From an uncultured cyanobacterium (GTDB lineage Bacteria; Cyanobacteriota; Cyanobacteriia; Pseudanabaenales; Pseudanabaenaceae), in contig OY969811.1 of the NCBI GenBank assembly GCA_963703315.1, positions 1,088,001-1,152,000 on the forward strand: DNA of 64,000 nt. Reading direction: 5' to 3'. The position numbers and the translations under genes were made by a program. The notes below the pieces were generated by a model that was not told where the DNA came from, did not search any database, and saw only the letters and a list, made by a program, of their open reading frames with translations. Shown here in pieces: positions 20,507 through 31,112 of the stretch. Position 1 is the stretch's first letter. Each line of letters opens with the position of its first letter.

Positions 20507-21934
20507 CTATTTGCCAATACAAAATCTACTAAAAATCTGATCTAAAACTGATTCTGTAACTTCTTCGCCAGTAATCTCGCCGATCGCACTGATTGCTGAC
20601 CGCAAATCAATCGTCCAGAAATCAAGGGGCAAATGATCGGCGATCGCTATTTGGACATTATCTAAGGATTGGACAACTCTCAACAAACAAGCTTTTTGGC
20701 GTTGATTAATCGCAACTTCCAGATTAGCAGCAGCGATCGCCTCTTGTTGGATACATTTTAGAATTGCCGCTTCCAAATCTTCAATTCCCTGTTGTTGAGC
20801 CGCCGCCGTTTTGACAATGGGAATGCCCTCACCCCCCAGCCCCCTCTCCCATGAAGGGAGAGGGGGAGTAAGAGTGTATTCTCCTCTCACTATGGCAGAG
20901 GGGCTGGGGGTGAGGGCAAGATCAATCTTATTCATCACCAAAATCACAGGGCGATCGCGAATAATTTCGTAGATTTCAGTATCTTTTTCAATCCAGCCAA
21001 CACTGGCATCAATGACCATTAAGACTAAATCAGCGGACTGGGCGGCTAGGCGCGATCGCTCAACCCCGATTTTTTCTACTACATCTTCTGTTTCCCTAAT
21101 CCCCGCTGTATCGAGAACTTGAATAGGAATGCCACCGACTACCAATTGCGAATCAACCACATCGCGAGTTGTCCCTGGTAAGTCAGTCACGATCGCCCGA
21201 TCGCTGCGACTCCATGCATTCAAAAGACTGGATTTACCGACATTAGGACGACCGACAATTGCTACTTTAAGACCTGTTCGTAATAGTTCACCGCGATCAG
21301 CAGTTGCTAAAATCTGTTGCGATTCTTGAGAGACAGTCATGATCTCTGCCTTGACCCATTCGACATCAAGAGGAGGCAAATCATCTTCAAAATCAATTCT
21401 TGCTTCAATTTCCGTTAAGACATTGAGGCATTTACCACGCAAATATTTTAAGGAATGGGCAAGTTTGCCTCGGAGAGAAGCGATCGCCGATTGGGCTGCC
21501 TGAGCAGACTTTGCCCCCACGAGATCGTTAATACTTTCTGCTTGGGTGAGGTCGATTCTGCCATTGAGAAAAGCCCGTAAACTAAATTCTCCTGCTTCCG
21601 CAAGTCTTGCGCCATGCTCTAAACAAAGGTTTAGCACCTGTTGCACTGCCATAATTCCACCATGACAGTGAAATTCCACCACATCTTCACGAGTGAAGGA
21701 ACGTGGTGCTTTCATTAATAGAAGTAAACTTTCATCGATAATTGTATTAGTTAATGGATTGCGAATATAGCCGTAGAGAATACGATGACTTTCCCAAGTT
21801 TGTTTCCCTCCCGCGCTGAAAATTTGCTGGGCGATCGCCACAGCGCGATCGCCTGATAATCTCACAATACCCACACTTCCTTGTTGAGGAGAAATAGCAG
21901 TAGCGATAGCCGCGATCGTGTCAGATAAACTCAT
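20507..21934 (-). CDS. mnmE: tRNA modification GTPase MnmE (TrmE), with a 31-aa repeat-derived insert
   Basis: [42 protein letters not shown]-terminal FCIGK. Confidence 0.96.
   Translation of the reverse strand: MSLSDTIAAIATAISPQQGSVGIVRLSGDRAVAIAQQIFSAGGKQTWESHRILYGYIRNPLTNTIIDESLLLLMKAPRSFTREDVVEFHCHGGIMAVQQVLNLCLEHGARLAEAGEFSLRAFLNGRIDLTQAESINDLVGAKSAQAAQSAIASLRGKLAHSLKYLRGKCLNVLTEIEARIDFEDDLPPLDVEWVKAEIMTVSQESQQILATADRGELLRTGLKVAIVGRPNVGKSSLLNAWSRSDRAIVTDLPGTTRDVVDSQLVVGGIPIQVLDTAGIRETEDVVEKIGVERSRLAAQSADLVLMVIDASVGWIEKDTEIYEIIRDRPVILVMNKIDLALTPSPSAIVRGEYTLTPPLPSWERGLGGEGIPIVKTAAAQQQGIEDLEAAILKCIQQEAIAAANLEVAINQRQKACLLRVVQSLDNVQIAIADHLPLDFWTIDLRSAISAIGEITGEEVTESVLDQIFSRFCIGK
20825..20917. 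repeat. 93-bp copy of the CCCTCACCCC repeat, in frame inside mnmE
   Basis: gccctcaccccc...ggggtgagggc; encodes [31 protein letters not shown] on the minus strand. Confidence 0.85.
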
Positions 21935-22000
21935 GCGATTTTTTTATAATTAAGAGAAATATAAACTATTTAAAAACAATCCACCAATGGAATGAATTGA

Positions 22001-22089
22001 GGACTTACGCAAAAATGACTGCAAACCCGCATCTCATCGTTGAAGCAATTCATGAGTTGCCTCGACATTTTATTATTTTGCCTAAGTCC
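22001..22089. mobile_element. MITE-like element, GGACTTA...TAAGTCC family
   Basis: Imperfect inverted ends ggacttacgcaaaa / ttttgcctaagtcc and internal gcaattcatgagttgc; second copy at 30636-30746. Confidence 0.6.
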
Positions 22090-22419
22090 CCAAAATAATA
22101 TTCAAGCAAGTTTTCGTAATGTTTTACTAAGCTTTGTTGTCTAAGATATAGAATAGAATTAGGACATAAAGAAACAAAGTTTATATTAAAATAAAAGACT
22201 AACTTTGCATTATGTAGGGGAATAAGACACTTTTTAGTTCAAGGCAGTTCAAGGCAATAGATGATCAATATAGGTGCAATCTCTGAATTGCATCTAACTA
22301 GCATACCTCATCAATTTGCACAGTCCTAGTTAGGAGCCATCAGTGGCTTTCAATCCATTGAGGTATGTCAATTTATTATCTATTGTTGAATTAACTTCGC
22401 ACTTGGGTGTTCTGAAATT

Positions 22420-25400
22420 ATGCTTATGTTTACTAATAGTGATTTACCAACTTACCCAGACAAGCGTAAAAACCCTACAAATAAAGTGACAAAGAAAAAA
22501 TCGAATAATGGTATTAAAGAGTCTTTACGACTGCATCAAGCAATTTTAGACAGTGCTAATTATTCTATTATTGCCACCACAATTGATGGGGTGATTTGTG
22601 CATTTAATGCAACGGCTGAACGATGGCTAGGGTACTCAGCATCAGAAATGATCGGGAAATGTACTCCTGAACGGTTTCATGATCCTCTAGAAGTTCAACA
22701 ACGGGCGATCGCTTTAACCGAGGAGTTAAATCAACCTATCCCTGTCGGTTTTGAGGTATTTATCGCCAAAGCAAAATTAGGTCAAATAGAAGAAACTCAA
22801 TGGACATATATCCGCAAAGATGGTTCGCGATTTTCTGTAAATTTGTCCATATCTGCATTACACGATGAAAATCATAACATCTCTGGATTTTTGGGAGTTG
22901 CTAATGATATTTCAGAACGAAAACAAGCTGAAGAAAAACTATATAAAACCTTACGAGAGTTAGCATTTCAGAAATTTGCTCTTGATCAAGCGGCAATCGT
23001 GGCAGTCACAGACTTAGATGGGGCAGTTACCTACGCAAATAGTAAGTTTTGCGAGATTTCTGGCTATAGTGAAGAAGAATTATTAGGAAAAAACCATCGC
23101 TTTATTAATTCAGGCTATCATTCTAATGAATTTTTTGCCGATTTGTGGGACACAGTTGCTACTGGTAAAGTCTGGCGGGGCGAAATTCGGAATAGGGCTA
23201 AAGATGGTTCCTTTTATTGGACTGACAGCACGATTATTCCTTTGTTAGATGAAAGAAATAAACCCACACAATATTTAGCGATTCGTTTTGATATTAGCGA
23301 TCGCAAAAAATTTGAAGCAACTCTCCGCCTACAAGAACGGGCGATCGCCGCCAGCCACAACGGCATTGTTATTACTGACAATCGCCTGATGAACAACCCA
23401 ATTGTCTATGCAAATTCTGCCTTTGAAAAAATTACAGGTTATTCATCTAGTGAAGTACTAGGTAAGAATTGTCGTTTTTTGCAAGGAGGTGATGTTTTTC
23501 AAGCTGAAAAAGAAATCATCCGAACCGCAATTATTAAGTGTGAGCCTTGTACTGTTGTTATTAGAAACTATCGCAAAGATGGTTCTTTATTTTGGAATGA
23601 ATTAAATATTTCGCCAATATTAGATGAGCGGGGTAACGTAACCCATTTTATCGGTATTCAAACAGACATCACTGCCCGCAAAGAAGCAGAAAAAGATTTA
23701 AAAAGGCAAATGCGGCTTACAGTTTTACTGAATCGCATTACTGACGAAATTCGTCAAAGTCTTGATGTTGAAAGCATTTTTCAAACTGCTGCCCATCAAA
23801 TTCAAATCGCTTTCCATGCAAGTCGTTGTCTTATCTATAAATTAGAATATTCACAGGAAGACTTAAATTTACAGCCTAAAGCGTCTCTAATGTCAGAGCA
23901 ATTAGCTGAAAGAATTTTTTCGGTTAAAGACATTGAATTACCTTTATTAAACAGTGCATTTGGTCACAAAATTTCTAGTCAAGATAGTGTGGTTGCGATT
24001 ACCAATGTTTATACTGAACCTGATTTAGATGATTTTGGTGATTTATTTTATCGAATGCAACTGCGATCGCTACTTGCAATTCGCACTTCATCGCATGGTG
24101 TGACTAACGGCATTATTTTGTTACATCATTGTAATAGCTTTCATGAATGGACACTTGAAGAAAAAGAGTTAATTGAATCAGTTGCTAATCAAGTCAGTAT
24201 TGCCTTATCACAAGCCCATTTACTCATTCAAGAAACTCGTCAACGTGAGCAGCTTACTAAACAAAATGCTGAATTAGAAGAAGCCCGTAATATTGCTGAA
24301 GCTGCCAATCGTTCTAAAAGTGACTTCTTAGCAACGATGAGTCATGAAATTCGTACCCCCATGAATGCCGTAATTGGGATGACTGGAGTTTTACTAGATA
24401 CTAATTTAACGAAAGAGCAGCGTGAATTTGTCGAGATTGCTAGAAATGCTGGTACGACATTACTAACAATTATTAATGATATTTTAGACTTTTCTAAAAT
24501 TGAATCAGGGCATCTGGAGTTAGAAGAACAAACTTTTGATCTGCGAACTTGCTTAGAAGGTACAATCGAGTTACTATCGGCAAAGGCGATCGAAAAAGAA
24601 ATTGAACTGGGTTATTTTATTCATCCCGATGTGGAATTAATCATCATTGGTGATATGACCCGCTTGCGTCAGGTCTTAGCTAATTTAATTGGTAATGCAA
24701 TTAAATTTACTAGTCGTGGTTCTGTGAACATTTCCATTACACAGCAGCTAGTATCACATTATGCTCGTTGTGATCTGCGCGATCATCACGAAGAAACCAA
24801 TTTATTAAGAACTTTACAATTTGAGGTTAAAGATACGGGCATTGGTATCCCTAGCGATCGCTTACATCGATTATTTCAACCATTTAGTCAAGTCGATGCC
24901 TCTACGACAAGGCAATATGGTGGTACTGGGTTAGGACTTGCCATTAGTAAACGTCTATGTGAACTTATGGGTGGCACAATGTGGGTTGAAAGTGATGTCC
25001 ATCAAGGTTCCACTTTTTATTTCACAATTACTGTCCCTGTAACTAATTGGGAGCAGCCTCCAGTTATTCGTATTGCTGATCTACAGACGATTTCATCAAA
25101 AAGCCCCCAAACGATTCCTCAATCTCTAGATTATGTAGGTGATCCCGTCAGAGATGCTCGAACGCAGGTAACCCAAATTCCCAGAAAGCTAAATCAGCCA
25201 AGTTTTCACTTTGACCCACTCATGGCAAGAAATCACCCATTGAGGATTTTGTTAGCCGAAGATAATGTGGTCAATCAAAAAGTGGCGATCCATATTCTCG
25301 AACGGATGGGCTATCGTGCTGATGTTGTGGCTAATGGATTAGAGGTGTTAGCAGCACTTTCGCATCAGACCTATGACCTGATTTTTATGGATATGCAAAT

Positions 25401-25986
25401 GCCTGAAATGGATGGTCTAGAAGCAACTAAGCAGATCAGTCTCAATCAGCAAAATGGTACGCTTAAGATCAAGCCGAGGATTGTGGCGATGACGGCGAAT
25501 GCAATGCAAGGCGATCGCGAAATTTGTCTTGCAGCAGGTATGGATGACTATCTCAGCAAGCCGATTCGTAATTCTGAGCTTGTACGTGTATTGGCAGAAT
25601 GCCCGTCACTGACACTAAATAAATCTTCAAGTTTAGTCTCTTCAGTGAATATGGAAATTCTCCATGAAGTGGCTAATGATATTGGTGGTAAAGATCCAGA
25701 GTTTTTGGTTGAGCTAATTGATAGTTATTTAGATAATACGCAATCACTCCTCCAAGAGCTATATACTAGCTTTGTAGAACAAGATTTTGAAGTTATGCTG
25801 CGGACAGCCCATACTTTGAAATCTAGCAGTAGTGTCATTGGGGCGGAAGATCTATCAGCCTTATGCCGTGAACTAGAGACAAATCTACGCAACCAAAAAT
25901 ATGAGGATTTAGATAACAAAATTAGTAAAATTACCGATGAATATACCCATGTTCAATCTGCATTAGAGCAAGAGAAATATCACTAA
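22420..25986 (+). CDS. Hybrid histidine kinase: PAS-PAS-LOV-GAF-HisKA-HATPase-REC-Hpt
   Basis: LOV signature [10 protein letters not shown]...[20 protein letters not shown]-box; [11 protein letters not shown] (LLAEDN, FMDMQMP, SKP); Hpt AHTLKSSS. Confidence 0.92.
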   Translation: MLMFTNSDLPTYPDKRKNPTNKVTKKKSNNGIKESLRLHQAILDSANYSIIATTIDGVICAFNATAERWLGYSASEMIGKCTPERFHDPLEVQQRAIALTEELNQPIPVGFEVFIAKAKLGQIEETQWTYIRKDGSRFSVNLSISALHDENHNISGFLGVANDISERKQAEEKLYKTLRELAFQKFALDQAAIVAVTDLDGAVTYANSKFCEISGYSEEELLGKNHRFINSGYHSNEFFADLWDTVATGKVWRGEIRNRAKDGSFYWTDSTIIPLLDERNKPTQYLAIRFDISDRKKFEATLRLQERAIAASHNGIVITDNRLMNNPIVYANSAFEKITGYSSSEVLGKNCRFLQGGDVFQAEKEIIRTAIIKCEPCTVVIRNYRKDGSLFWNELNISPILDERGNVTHFIGIQTDITARKEAEKDLKRQMRLTVLLNRITDEIRQSLDVESIFQTAAHQIQIAFHASRCLIYKLEYSQEDLNLQPKASLMSEQLAERIFSVKDIELPLLNSAFGHKISSQDSVVAITNVYTEPDLDDFGDLFYRMQLRSLLAIRTSSHGVTNGIILLHHCNSFHEWTLEEKELIESVANQVSIALSQAHLLIQETRQREQLTKQNAELEEARNIAEAANRSKSDFLATMSHEIRTPMNAVIGMTGVLLDTNLTKEQREFVEIARNAGTTLLTIINDILDFSKIESGHLELEEQTFDLRTCLEGTIELLSAKAIEKEIELGYFIHPDVELIIIGDMTRLRQVLANLIGNAIKFTSRGSVNISITQQLVSHYARCDLRDHHEETNLLRTLQFEVKDTGIGIPSDRLHRLFQPFSQVDASTTRQYGGTGLGLAISKRLCELMGGTMWVESDVHQGSTFYFTITVPVTNWEQPPVIRIADLQTISSKSPQTIPQSLDYVGDPVRDARTQVTQIPRKLNQPSFHFDPLMARNHPLRILLAEDNVVNQKVAIHILERMGYRADVVANGLEVLAALSHQTYDLIFMDMQMPEMDGLEATKQISLNQQNGTLKIKPRIVAMTANAMQGDREICLAAGMDDYLSKPIRNSELVRVLAECPSLTLNKSSSLVSSVNMEILHEVANDIGGKDPEFLVELIDSYLDNTQSLLQELYTSFVEQDFEVMLRTAHTLKSSSSVIGAEDLSALCRELETNLRNQKYEDLDNKISKITDEYTHVQSALEQEKYH

Positions 25987-26051
25987 ACTCTTTGGGGTAA
26001 ACTAATTACTGTTACTGCCCCAGCATTAACCAGTACTGTCCTAACTATGTA

Positions 26052-27080
26052 ATGACAATCGACGATATTAGCGATCACAATAAGTATCTGCATCACGAAA
26101 TAAATACTTTAGACGCATCATCATCTGAACCTGCTCTGATTTTAATTGTCGATGATGATTTATTTATGCGAAAGATTTTGGTGCGTTATTTGGAGCGCGA
26201 AAATTATCGTGTGGTTGAGGCGGCTAATGGGATGGAGGCACTCAAGCTATATCAAGAATATCAGCCAGATATGATTTTGCTGGATGCGATGATGCCAATT
26301 CTGGATGGATTTGAATGTTGCGATAGACTTCAGAAGCTGCCGAATGGTGATCACACCCCCGTTTTAATCATTACTGCCCTTGAAGATCGCGAGTCTGTTG
26401 ATCGTGCCTATGAAGTCGGTGCTTCTGATTATGTAACTAAGCCAATCCATTGGGCAGTCTTGAGACAGCGTGTACGCCGCTTACTAGACCAAGCAAATTT
26501 ACGTCACCAAATCGAAGCTGCTAACCAAAGATTAGCAGTCGTTGTCAAGGAGTTGCAGCGCTTAGTGGCGATCGATGGCTTGACTCAAGTAGCCAATCGT
26601 CGCTGTCTAGATGAACATCTCGAACAAGAGTGGAGACGAGCTATTCGAGAGCAAATTCCCATCTCCTTAGTTTTGTGTGATATCGACTTTTTTAAAAACT
26701 ATAACGATAATTATGGTCATCAAGAAGGTGATCATTGTTTACAAGAAGTTGCTCAAGCAATCAGTAAAACTACAAATCGTCCTGCGGATTTAGTTGCTCG
26801 CTATGGTGGGGAAGAATTTGCGATCGTTTTGCCGCACACCGATGCTCAAGGAGGGATAAATGTGGCGCTTCGCGCTACCGAAATTGTGCGATCGCTAAAA
26901 CTGCCCCATGAATATTCTAAAGTTTCTAATTATGTAACGATTAGCTGTGGGGTTGCTACCCTTTTTCCCACTCAAGATTCTCAAGTTATCAATCTCATGA
27001 AATCTGCCGATCGCGCCCTATACCAAGCTAAAGCTGAGGGACGCAACTGCGTAAGACAGAGTATTTTAGTGCCAGATTAG
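26052..27080 (+). CDS. Response-regulator diguanylate cyclase (REC-GGDEF)
   Basis: IVDDD...LLDAMMP...TKP receiver; DGLT, DIDFFK, RPAD I-site, RYGGEEF active site. Confidence 0.93.
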   Translation: MTIDDISDHNKYLHHEINTLDASSSEPALILIVDDDLFMRKILVRYLERENYRVVEAANGMEALKLYQEYQPDMILLDAMMPILDGFECCDRLQKLPNGDHTPVLIITALEDRESVDRAYEVGASDYVTKPIHWAVLRQRVRRLLDQANLRHQIEAANQRLAVVVKELQRLVAIDGLTQVANRRCLDEHLEQEWRRAIREQIPISLVLCDIDFFKNYNDNYGHQEGDHCLQEVAQAISKTTNRPADLVARYGGEEFAIVLPHTDAQGGINVALRATEIVRSLKLPHEYSKVSNYVTISCGVATLFPTQDSQVINLMKSADRALYQAKAEGRNCVRQSILVPD

Positions 27081-27150
27081 CGCTATAACAAGACTGGCGA
27101 CAGCTATAATATGGTACGGTCAAGCTGATTGCTACATGAGAACTTAGAGT

Positions 27151-27765
27151 ATGGAATGGCATATTACAGATGCACAAAGCTTAGCAATAATCGATCAAGA
27201 AATTGGTGAACATTCGTTTTCACCATCTGAATATGAAATTGTGCGCCAAGTAATTTATGCAACTGCCGATTTTGAATATAAAAATCTTGTAAGGTTTTCG
27301 GAGCAGTCTTTGCAAGCAGGAGCCGCCGCCCTTGCCACTCGCGCCACGATTATTGTTGATGTACCTACCGTGCAAGCGGCGATCTTTCCTAAAATCTGTG
27401 ATACTTTTGCCAATCCAATTTATTGTGGTGTTGAAGCAATCACCCGTCCGCAAAAGGGTAAAACTCAAGCCGCATGGGGAATTGAGACTTTGGCAAAACG
27501 CTATCCTGAAGCAATATTTGTAATTGGTGAGTCTCAGACTGCTTTAGCAACTTTGGTTGATTTGATTGAGACCGAGGATGTGAAACCTGCGCTAGTGATT
27601 GGTACGCCTGCTGGTTTCATTGATACTGATGTGATCAAGTCACGGTTAAATGATTCGCTAATTCCCAATATCCGTGTGGATGGACGTAAGGGCAATGCGA
27701 TCGCGGCAGCCACAATATTTAACTCACTAGTCAGACTGGCATGGCAAGCCTACGGCAATAAGTAA
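27151..27765 (+). CDS. cobH: Precorrin-8X methylmutase (CobH/CbiC)-family protein, divergent active site
   Basis: SLAIIDQE, YATADF, LVIGTPAGF, GRKG motifs of the CbiC family. Confidence 0.75.
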   Translation: MEWHITDAQSLAIIDQEIGEHSFSPSEYEIVRQVIYATADFEYKNLVRFSEQSLQAGAAALATRATIIVDVPTVQAAIFPKICDTFANPIYCGVEAITRPQKGKTQAAWGIETLAKRYPEAIFVIGESQTALATLVDLIETEDVKPALVIGTPAGFIDTDVIKSRLNDSLIPNIRVDGRKGNAIAAATIFNSLVRLAWQAYGNK

Positions 27766-27804
27766 GTAAAGTTATGGGTGCGGAAGCACCCATAACTTTA
27801 CTTA
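27763..27804. terminator. Perfect palindrome filling the convergent intergenic space
   Basis: taagtaaagttatgggtgc-ggaa-gcacccataactttactta; the ends are the two stop codons. Confidence 0.7.
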
Positions 27805-28533
27805 AGACCAGATAATACCTGTTAAATTTGCTTCTTGCGTCATCATTCCATCGGTGACAGCATCTGCAAGTTTTGATTTGCTTAAGTTCGCTTTATAAAA
27901 ATTGACTCGTGTTAGATCTGAGCCTTGGAGATTAGCACTAGTCAAATCGGCTTCACTCAGATCGGCATCACAGAGACTAGCACCATACAAACTCGCAAAA
28001 GTTAGATCTACTTCCGATAGCATTGCTCTATTCAGACTTGCACCATTGAGACTAGTACGGCTGAGGTCGGCTCTTTGCAAAATTCCTTCATTTAGACTTG
28101 CTCCAAATAGTCCCGCATCTCTTAGCACTGCTTCACTAAGGTCAGCACGATTTAATTTAGTTTTCCCCATATTTGCACCATTGAGTTTAGCTCTAGGTAG
28201 TTTTGCCTTATTTAAAATAGCTTTATACAAATTTGCGCCATAAAGCTTGGCATCACTGAGATTTGCTTCACTCAGATCCGCGTCTCCTAAATCTGCCCCA
28301 CTAAAATTTGTACCGATGAGAGTAGCACGATAGAGCTTAGCGCAGTTCAGATCTGCACCGTTAAGCTTGGCATAGCTCAAATTAGCACCATAGAGGCTAG
28401 ATTCACTGAGGTTCGCTCCACTCAGATCAGCATGACTTAAATCAATTCCATTCATATCAGCTTTGCTAAGATTCATTCCTGTAAAATTACGGCGACCTGC
28501 ATAGTAACTATTAATTAATTCACTGACTTCCAT
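27802..28533 (-). CDS. Pentapeptide repeat protein
   Basis: YYAGRRNF N-terminus followed by A(D/N/K)Lxx repeats. Confidence 0.92.
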   Translation of the reverse strand: MEVSELINSYYAGRRNFTGMNLSKADMNGIDLSHADLSGANLSESSLYGANLSYAKLNGADLNCAKLYRATLIGTNFSGADLGDADLSEANLSDAKLYGANLYKAILNKAKLPRAKLNGANMGKTKLNRADLSEAVLRDAGLFGASLNEGILQRADLSRTSLNGASLNRAMLSEVDLTFASLYGASLCDADLSEADLTSANLQGSDLTRVNFYKANLSKSKLADAVTDGMMTQEANLTGIIWS

Positions 28534-28585
28534 TAGTTTTCAAGTAGATAAATTTAGTAAAGCAATAAAAAATGTAAGGCATTCT

Positions 28586-28813
28586 CTACTGCTCTTGCTC
28601 ATCCATTTCAACTTCCATTGCTTCTAAAATCTCTTGTTCTTGGACGACAAAATCTTCTTCACTAATATCACCTAAATCGAAGCGTAGTTGTAAAGTTGTC
28701 AGCCGTTTTTGGAGATTTTCCGTTTTTTCTAATTCTGTAGTTGCCCGTTCTTCGATTTGTTCTGCAATCCAGAGCAAACCGTCAAGAGGTGCTGTCAGTA
28801 GTTGCCATACCAT
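28586..28813 (-). CDS. gvpG: Gas vesicle protein GvpG
   Basis: PLDGLLWIAEQIEERA...LQLRFDLGDISEEDF...EEIL-type pattern. Confidence 0.85.
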   Translation of the reverse strand: MVWQLLTAPLDGLLWIAEQIEERATTELEKTENLQKRLTTLQLRFDLGDISEEDFVVQEQEILEAMEVEMDEQEQ

Positions 28814-28853
28814 AGGAAAATATACTCTCGATTGCGAAACTTAATTGTGAACT

Positions 28854-28960
28854 CTATAGCGGTTTTCAAATGAGTACATACTCATTTGAAAACAAAAAAT
28901 CAATTCCAGTAACAGTTTTGAGTTTTCATTTTGCCGTAGGCAAAATGAAAACCGCTATAG
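28854..28960. mobile_element. MITE-like element with 15-bp terminal inverted repeats and two hairpins
   Basis: ctatagcggttttca...tgaaaaccgctatag; hairpins gttttcaaatgagt/actcatttgaaaac and gttttcattttgcc/ggcaaaatgaaaac. Confidence 0.65.
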
Positions 28961-29005
28961 TATGCCGTACTTTTTAGGACATACTTGCTACGAAACCTAT
29001 AATCT

Positions 29006-30118
29006 ATGCTAAACCTTGCCTATCAATATGGGGTGCGTCCCCTACTATTTTCCCTCGATCCTGAAGCAGCGCATCATTTAGCGATCGCCTCTTGTCGTCA
29101 AGTTAGTAACTCATCCATACTCCAAGCGATCGCTAAGTCCACCTTCTACTATAGCGATTCGCGGCTATCACAAACCCTATGGAATCTAAAGTTTGAGAAT
29201 CCTGTGGGCTTAGCGGCAGGTTTTGATAAAAATGCCGAGGCGATCGGCGCATGGGAAAACTTTGGCTTTGGCTTTGCGGAAGTGGGGACAATTACCGCAA
29301 AGGGACAGTCAGGCAACCCACAACCAAGACTATTTCGCTTACCAAGCGATCGCGCCGTCTTAAATCGCATGGGCTTTAACAATCGAGGAGCCGCCGCCAC
29401 TGCCATTGATCTGCAAAATTATTTAGCCAATCATAAGCTCAGGATTCCTCTCGGTATTAATCTCGGTAAGTCTAAAGTTACGGAACTTGCTGATGCTAAA
29501 TTTGACTATGCCGAAAGTTTGCGATCGCTCTACGAGTTTGGCGATTATTTTGTAGTAAATGTCAGTTCACCGAATACGCCAAACTTACGCGATTTGCAAG
29601 CGACTGAGCAACTATGTGGGATTTTGGCAGAGCTACAACCGATTAATACCAGCAATAAACCAATTCTGGTAAAAATTGCTCCTGATCTCAATGATGCTGA
29701 CATTATCGAAGTCGTCAAGGCAAGTCAGGCTTATGGTGTTGCAGGAATCATCGCCACAAATACGACGATCTCTCGCCAAAATCTCATAACTACGCATCTA
29801 TCAATCACAGGTAAACCCGTTGCTGAGGAGGCTGGCGGCATCAGTGGTCAACCTGTGCGCGATCGCTCGTTGGCAGTGATTAACCTGATTTGGCGAACTA
29901 CGCAGGGCAGCTTACCGATTATTGGTGTGGGCGGTATTTTTACAGCAGAGGATGCTTGGCAAAAGATTTCGGCTGGTGCAGCGATCGTCCAAGTTTACAC
30001 GGGCTTAATTTATGAAGGACCGATGATGATCAAGCAAATCTTGCAAGGTTTAGTGGCTAAGCTTGATGCTCATGGTTTGGATAATATCCAACAAGCGATC
30101 GGTTTAGCGCATTGCTAA
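29006..30118 (+). CDS. pyrD: Quinone-dependent dihydroorotate dehydrogenase
   Basis: NPVGLAAGFDKN, NRMGFNN, VNVSSPNTP, VKIAPDL, ATNTT, GGISG. Confidence 0.96.
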   Translation: MLNLAYQYGVRPLLFSLDPEAAHHLAIASCRQVSNSSILQAIAKSTFYYSDSRLSQTLWNLKFENPVGLAAGFDKNAEAIGAWENFGFGFAEVGTITAKGQSGNPQPRLFRLPSDRAVLNRMGFNNRGAAATAIDLQNYLANHKLRIPLGINLGKSKVTELADAKFDYAESLRSLYEFGDYFVVNVSSPNTPNLRDLQATEQLCGILAELQPINTSNKPILVKIAPDLNDADIIEVVKASQAYGVAGIIATNTTISRQNLITTHLSITGKPVAEEAGGISGQPVRDRSLAVINLIWRTTQGSLPIIGVGGIFTAEDAWQKISAGAAIVQVYTGLIYEGPMMIKQILQGLVAKLDAHGLDNIQQAIGLAHC

Positions 30119-30153
30119 GCAAAAAGAGACGCTTTGCGTCTCTTTTTGCTTAG
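30115..30153. terminator. Bidirectional terminator palindrome containing both stop codons
   Basis: ctaagcaaaaagagacgc-ttt-gcgtctctttttgcttag. Confidence 0.75.
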
Positions 30154-30566
30154 TTTGAGCGTAATTGTTCTAGTTCAGAACGTAGACTTGCCAACTGCTG
30201 CGTGAGTTCTTCAATCTCATCGCGCATACTAGCTTTGACCTTTTGATCAGATTTTTCTGAAACATTATCGTCAACGGTTTTAGCAGTAGTCGTTACTGTA
30301 GTTAAACCTGCTGATTTTTCATCATCAGTAGACTTGCCGCTTACCTGTTGCGCGATAAAGCTATCTACATAGCTCCGAGCCTCTGCTTCTGTCGTCACGC
30401 CTTTTTCCGCAAGCGTTTGGGTAATTTCATCAAAACTCCGTCCTAACATTCTTAGGTTCTCTTCGCGTTTGATGGGGTCTTGGATTACCTCAATTAACGA
30501 TGATGTTGCACCTAATGTGACGTAGTAGCCTCTTTGCACAAGCTTTTCTAAGTCGATGGTATCCAT
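30150..30566 (-). CDS. Hypothetical protein with C-terminal coiled coil
   Basis: AGGAG RBS; RGYYVTLGA...EKGVTTEAEARSYVD...EIEELTQQLASLRSELEQLR. Confidence 0.75.
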   Translation of the reverse strand: MDTIDLEKLVQRGYYVTLGATSSLIEVIQDPIKREENLRMLGRSFDEITQTLAEKGVTTEAEARSYVDSFIAQQVSGKSTDDEKSAGLTTVTTTAKTVDDNVSEKSDQKVKASMRDEIEELTQQLASLRSELEQLRSN

Positions 30567-30635
30567 GAAACTCCTGCAAATGTGTAGTTTTGTAATACAT
30601 TCTAACCGATCTCCTTAGAAGAGGATTATGCCAAA

Positions 30636-30887
30636 TAGGACTTATAGCAAAATGCCTTAAAATCTTCCTTTTATCGTAAATGCAATTCATGAATTGCGCG
30701 TATAGCTGGCGACAGCTATACGATGATTTCTTTTGCTTAAGTCCTAAATATTTTTTAAGAGAAAGAGTCTTCTATAGCTGTAGTCAGTTATGTTAGGACA
30801 AAACCAAAACCCAAAAGAGAGTTGCGGCGCTTCGCGCCGCAACTCTCTTTTGGGTTTTATGTCTTAACTTGCTTGGCTATGGCTATA
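30636..30887. mobile_element. Cluster of miniature elements: GGACTTA family (30636-30746) and TATAGCTG family (30773-30887)
   Basis: taggactta...taagtccta with gcaattcatgaattgc; then tatagctgtagtca...gagagttgcggcgc-ttc-gcgccgcaactctc...ggctata. Confidence 0.65.
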
Positions 30888-31112
30888 TACAGTGATTTGG
30901 GCTGACTGGAAACCCAGAGAAATTTTTGAAAGTTGACTAAACCACACTTTCAAAAATTTCTCTGTACTACTTTAAGCTTCCACAGGCTGTATTCCCTACA
31001 AAGGAAACCAAATAAAATTTTTTAAGTCTTTGCTTAGCAAAGACTTAAAAATCTGAAACTTGCGTAGATATGTAAAAATAGTGTCGTGTGGGCATCAATG
31101 GAGTGAAAAATT

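Noticed and set aside
22236..22256. agttcaaggc x2, and aaaatgattta x2 near 15440-15465
   Set aside because: Short tandem duplications in AT-rich DNA; cannot be told from slippage.
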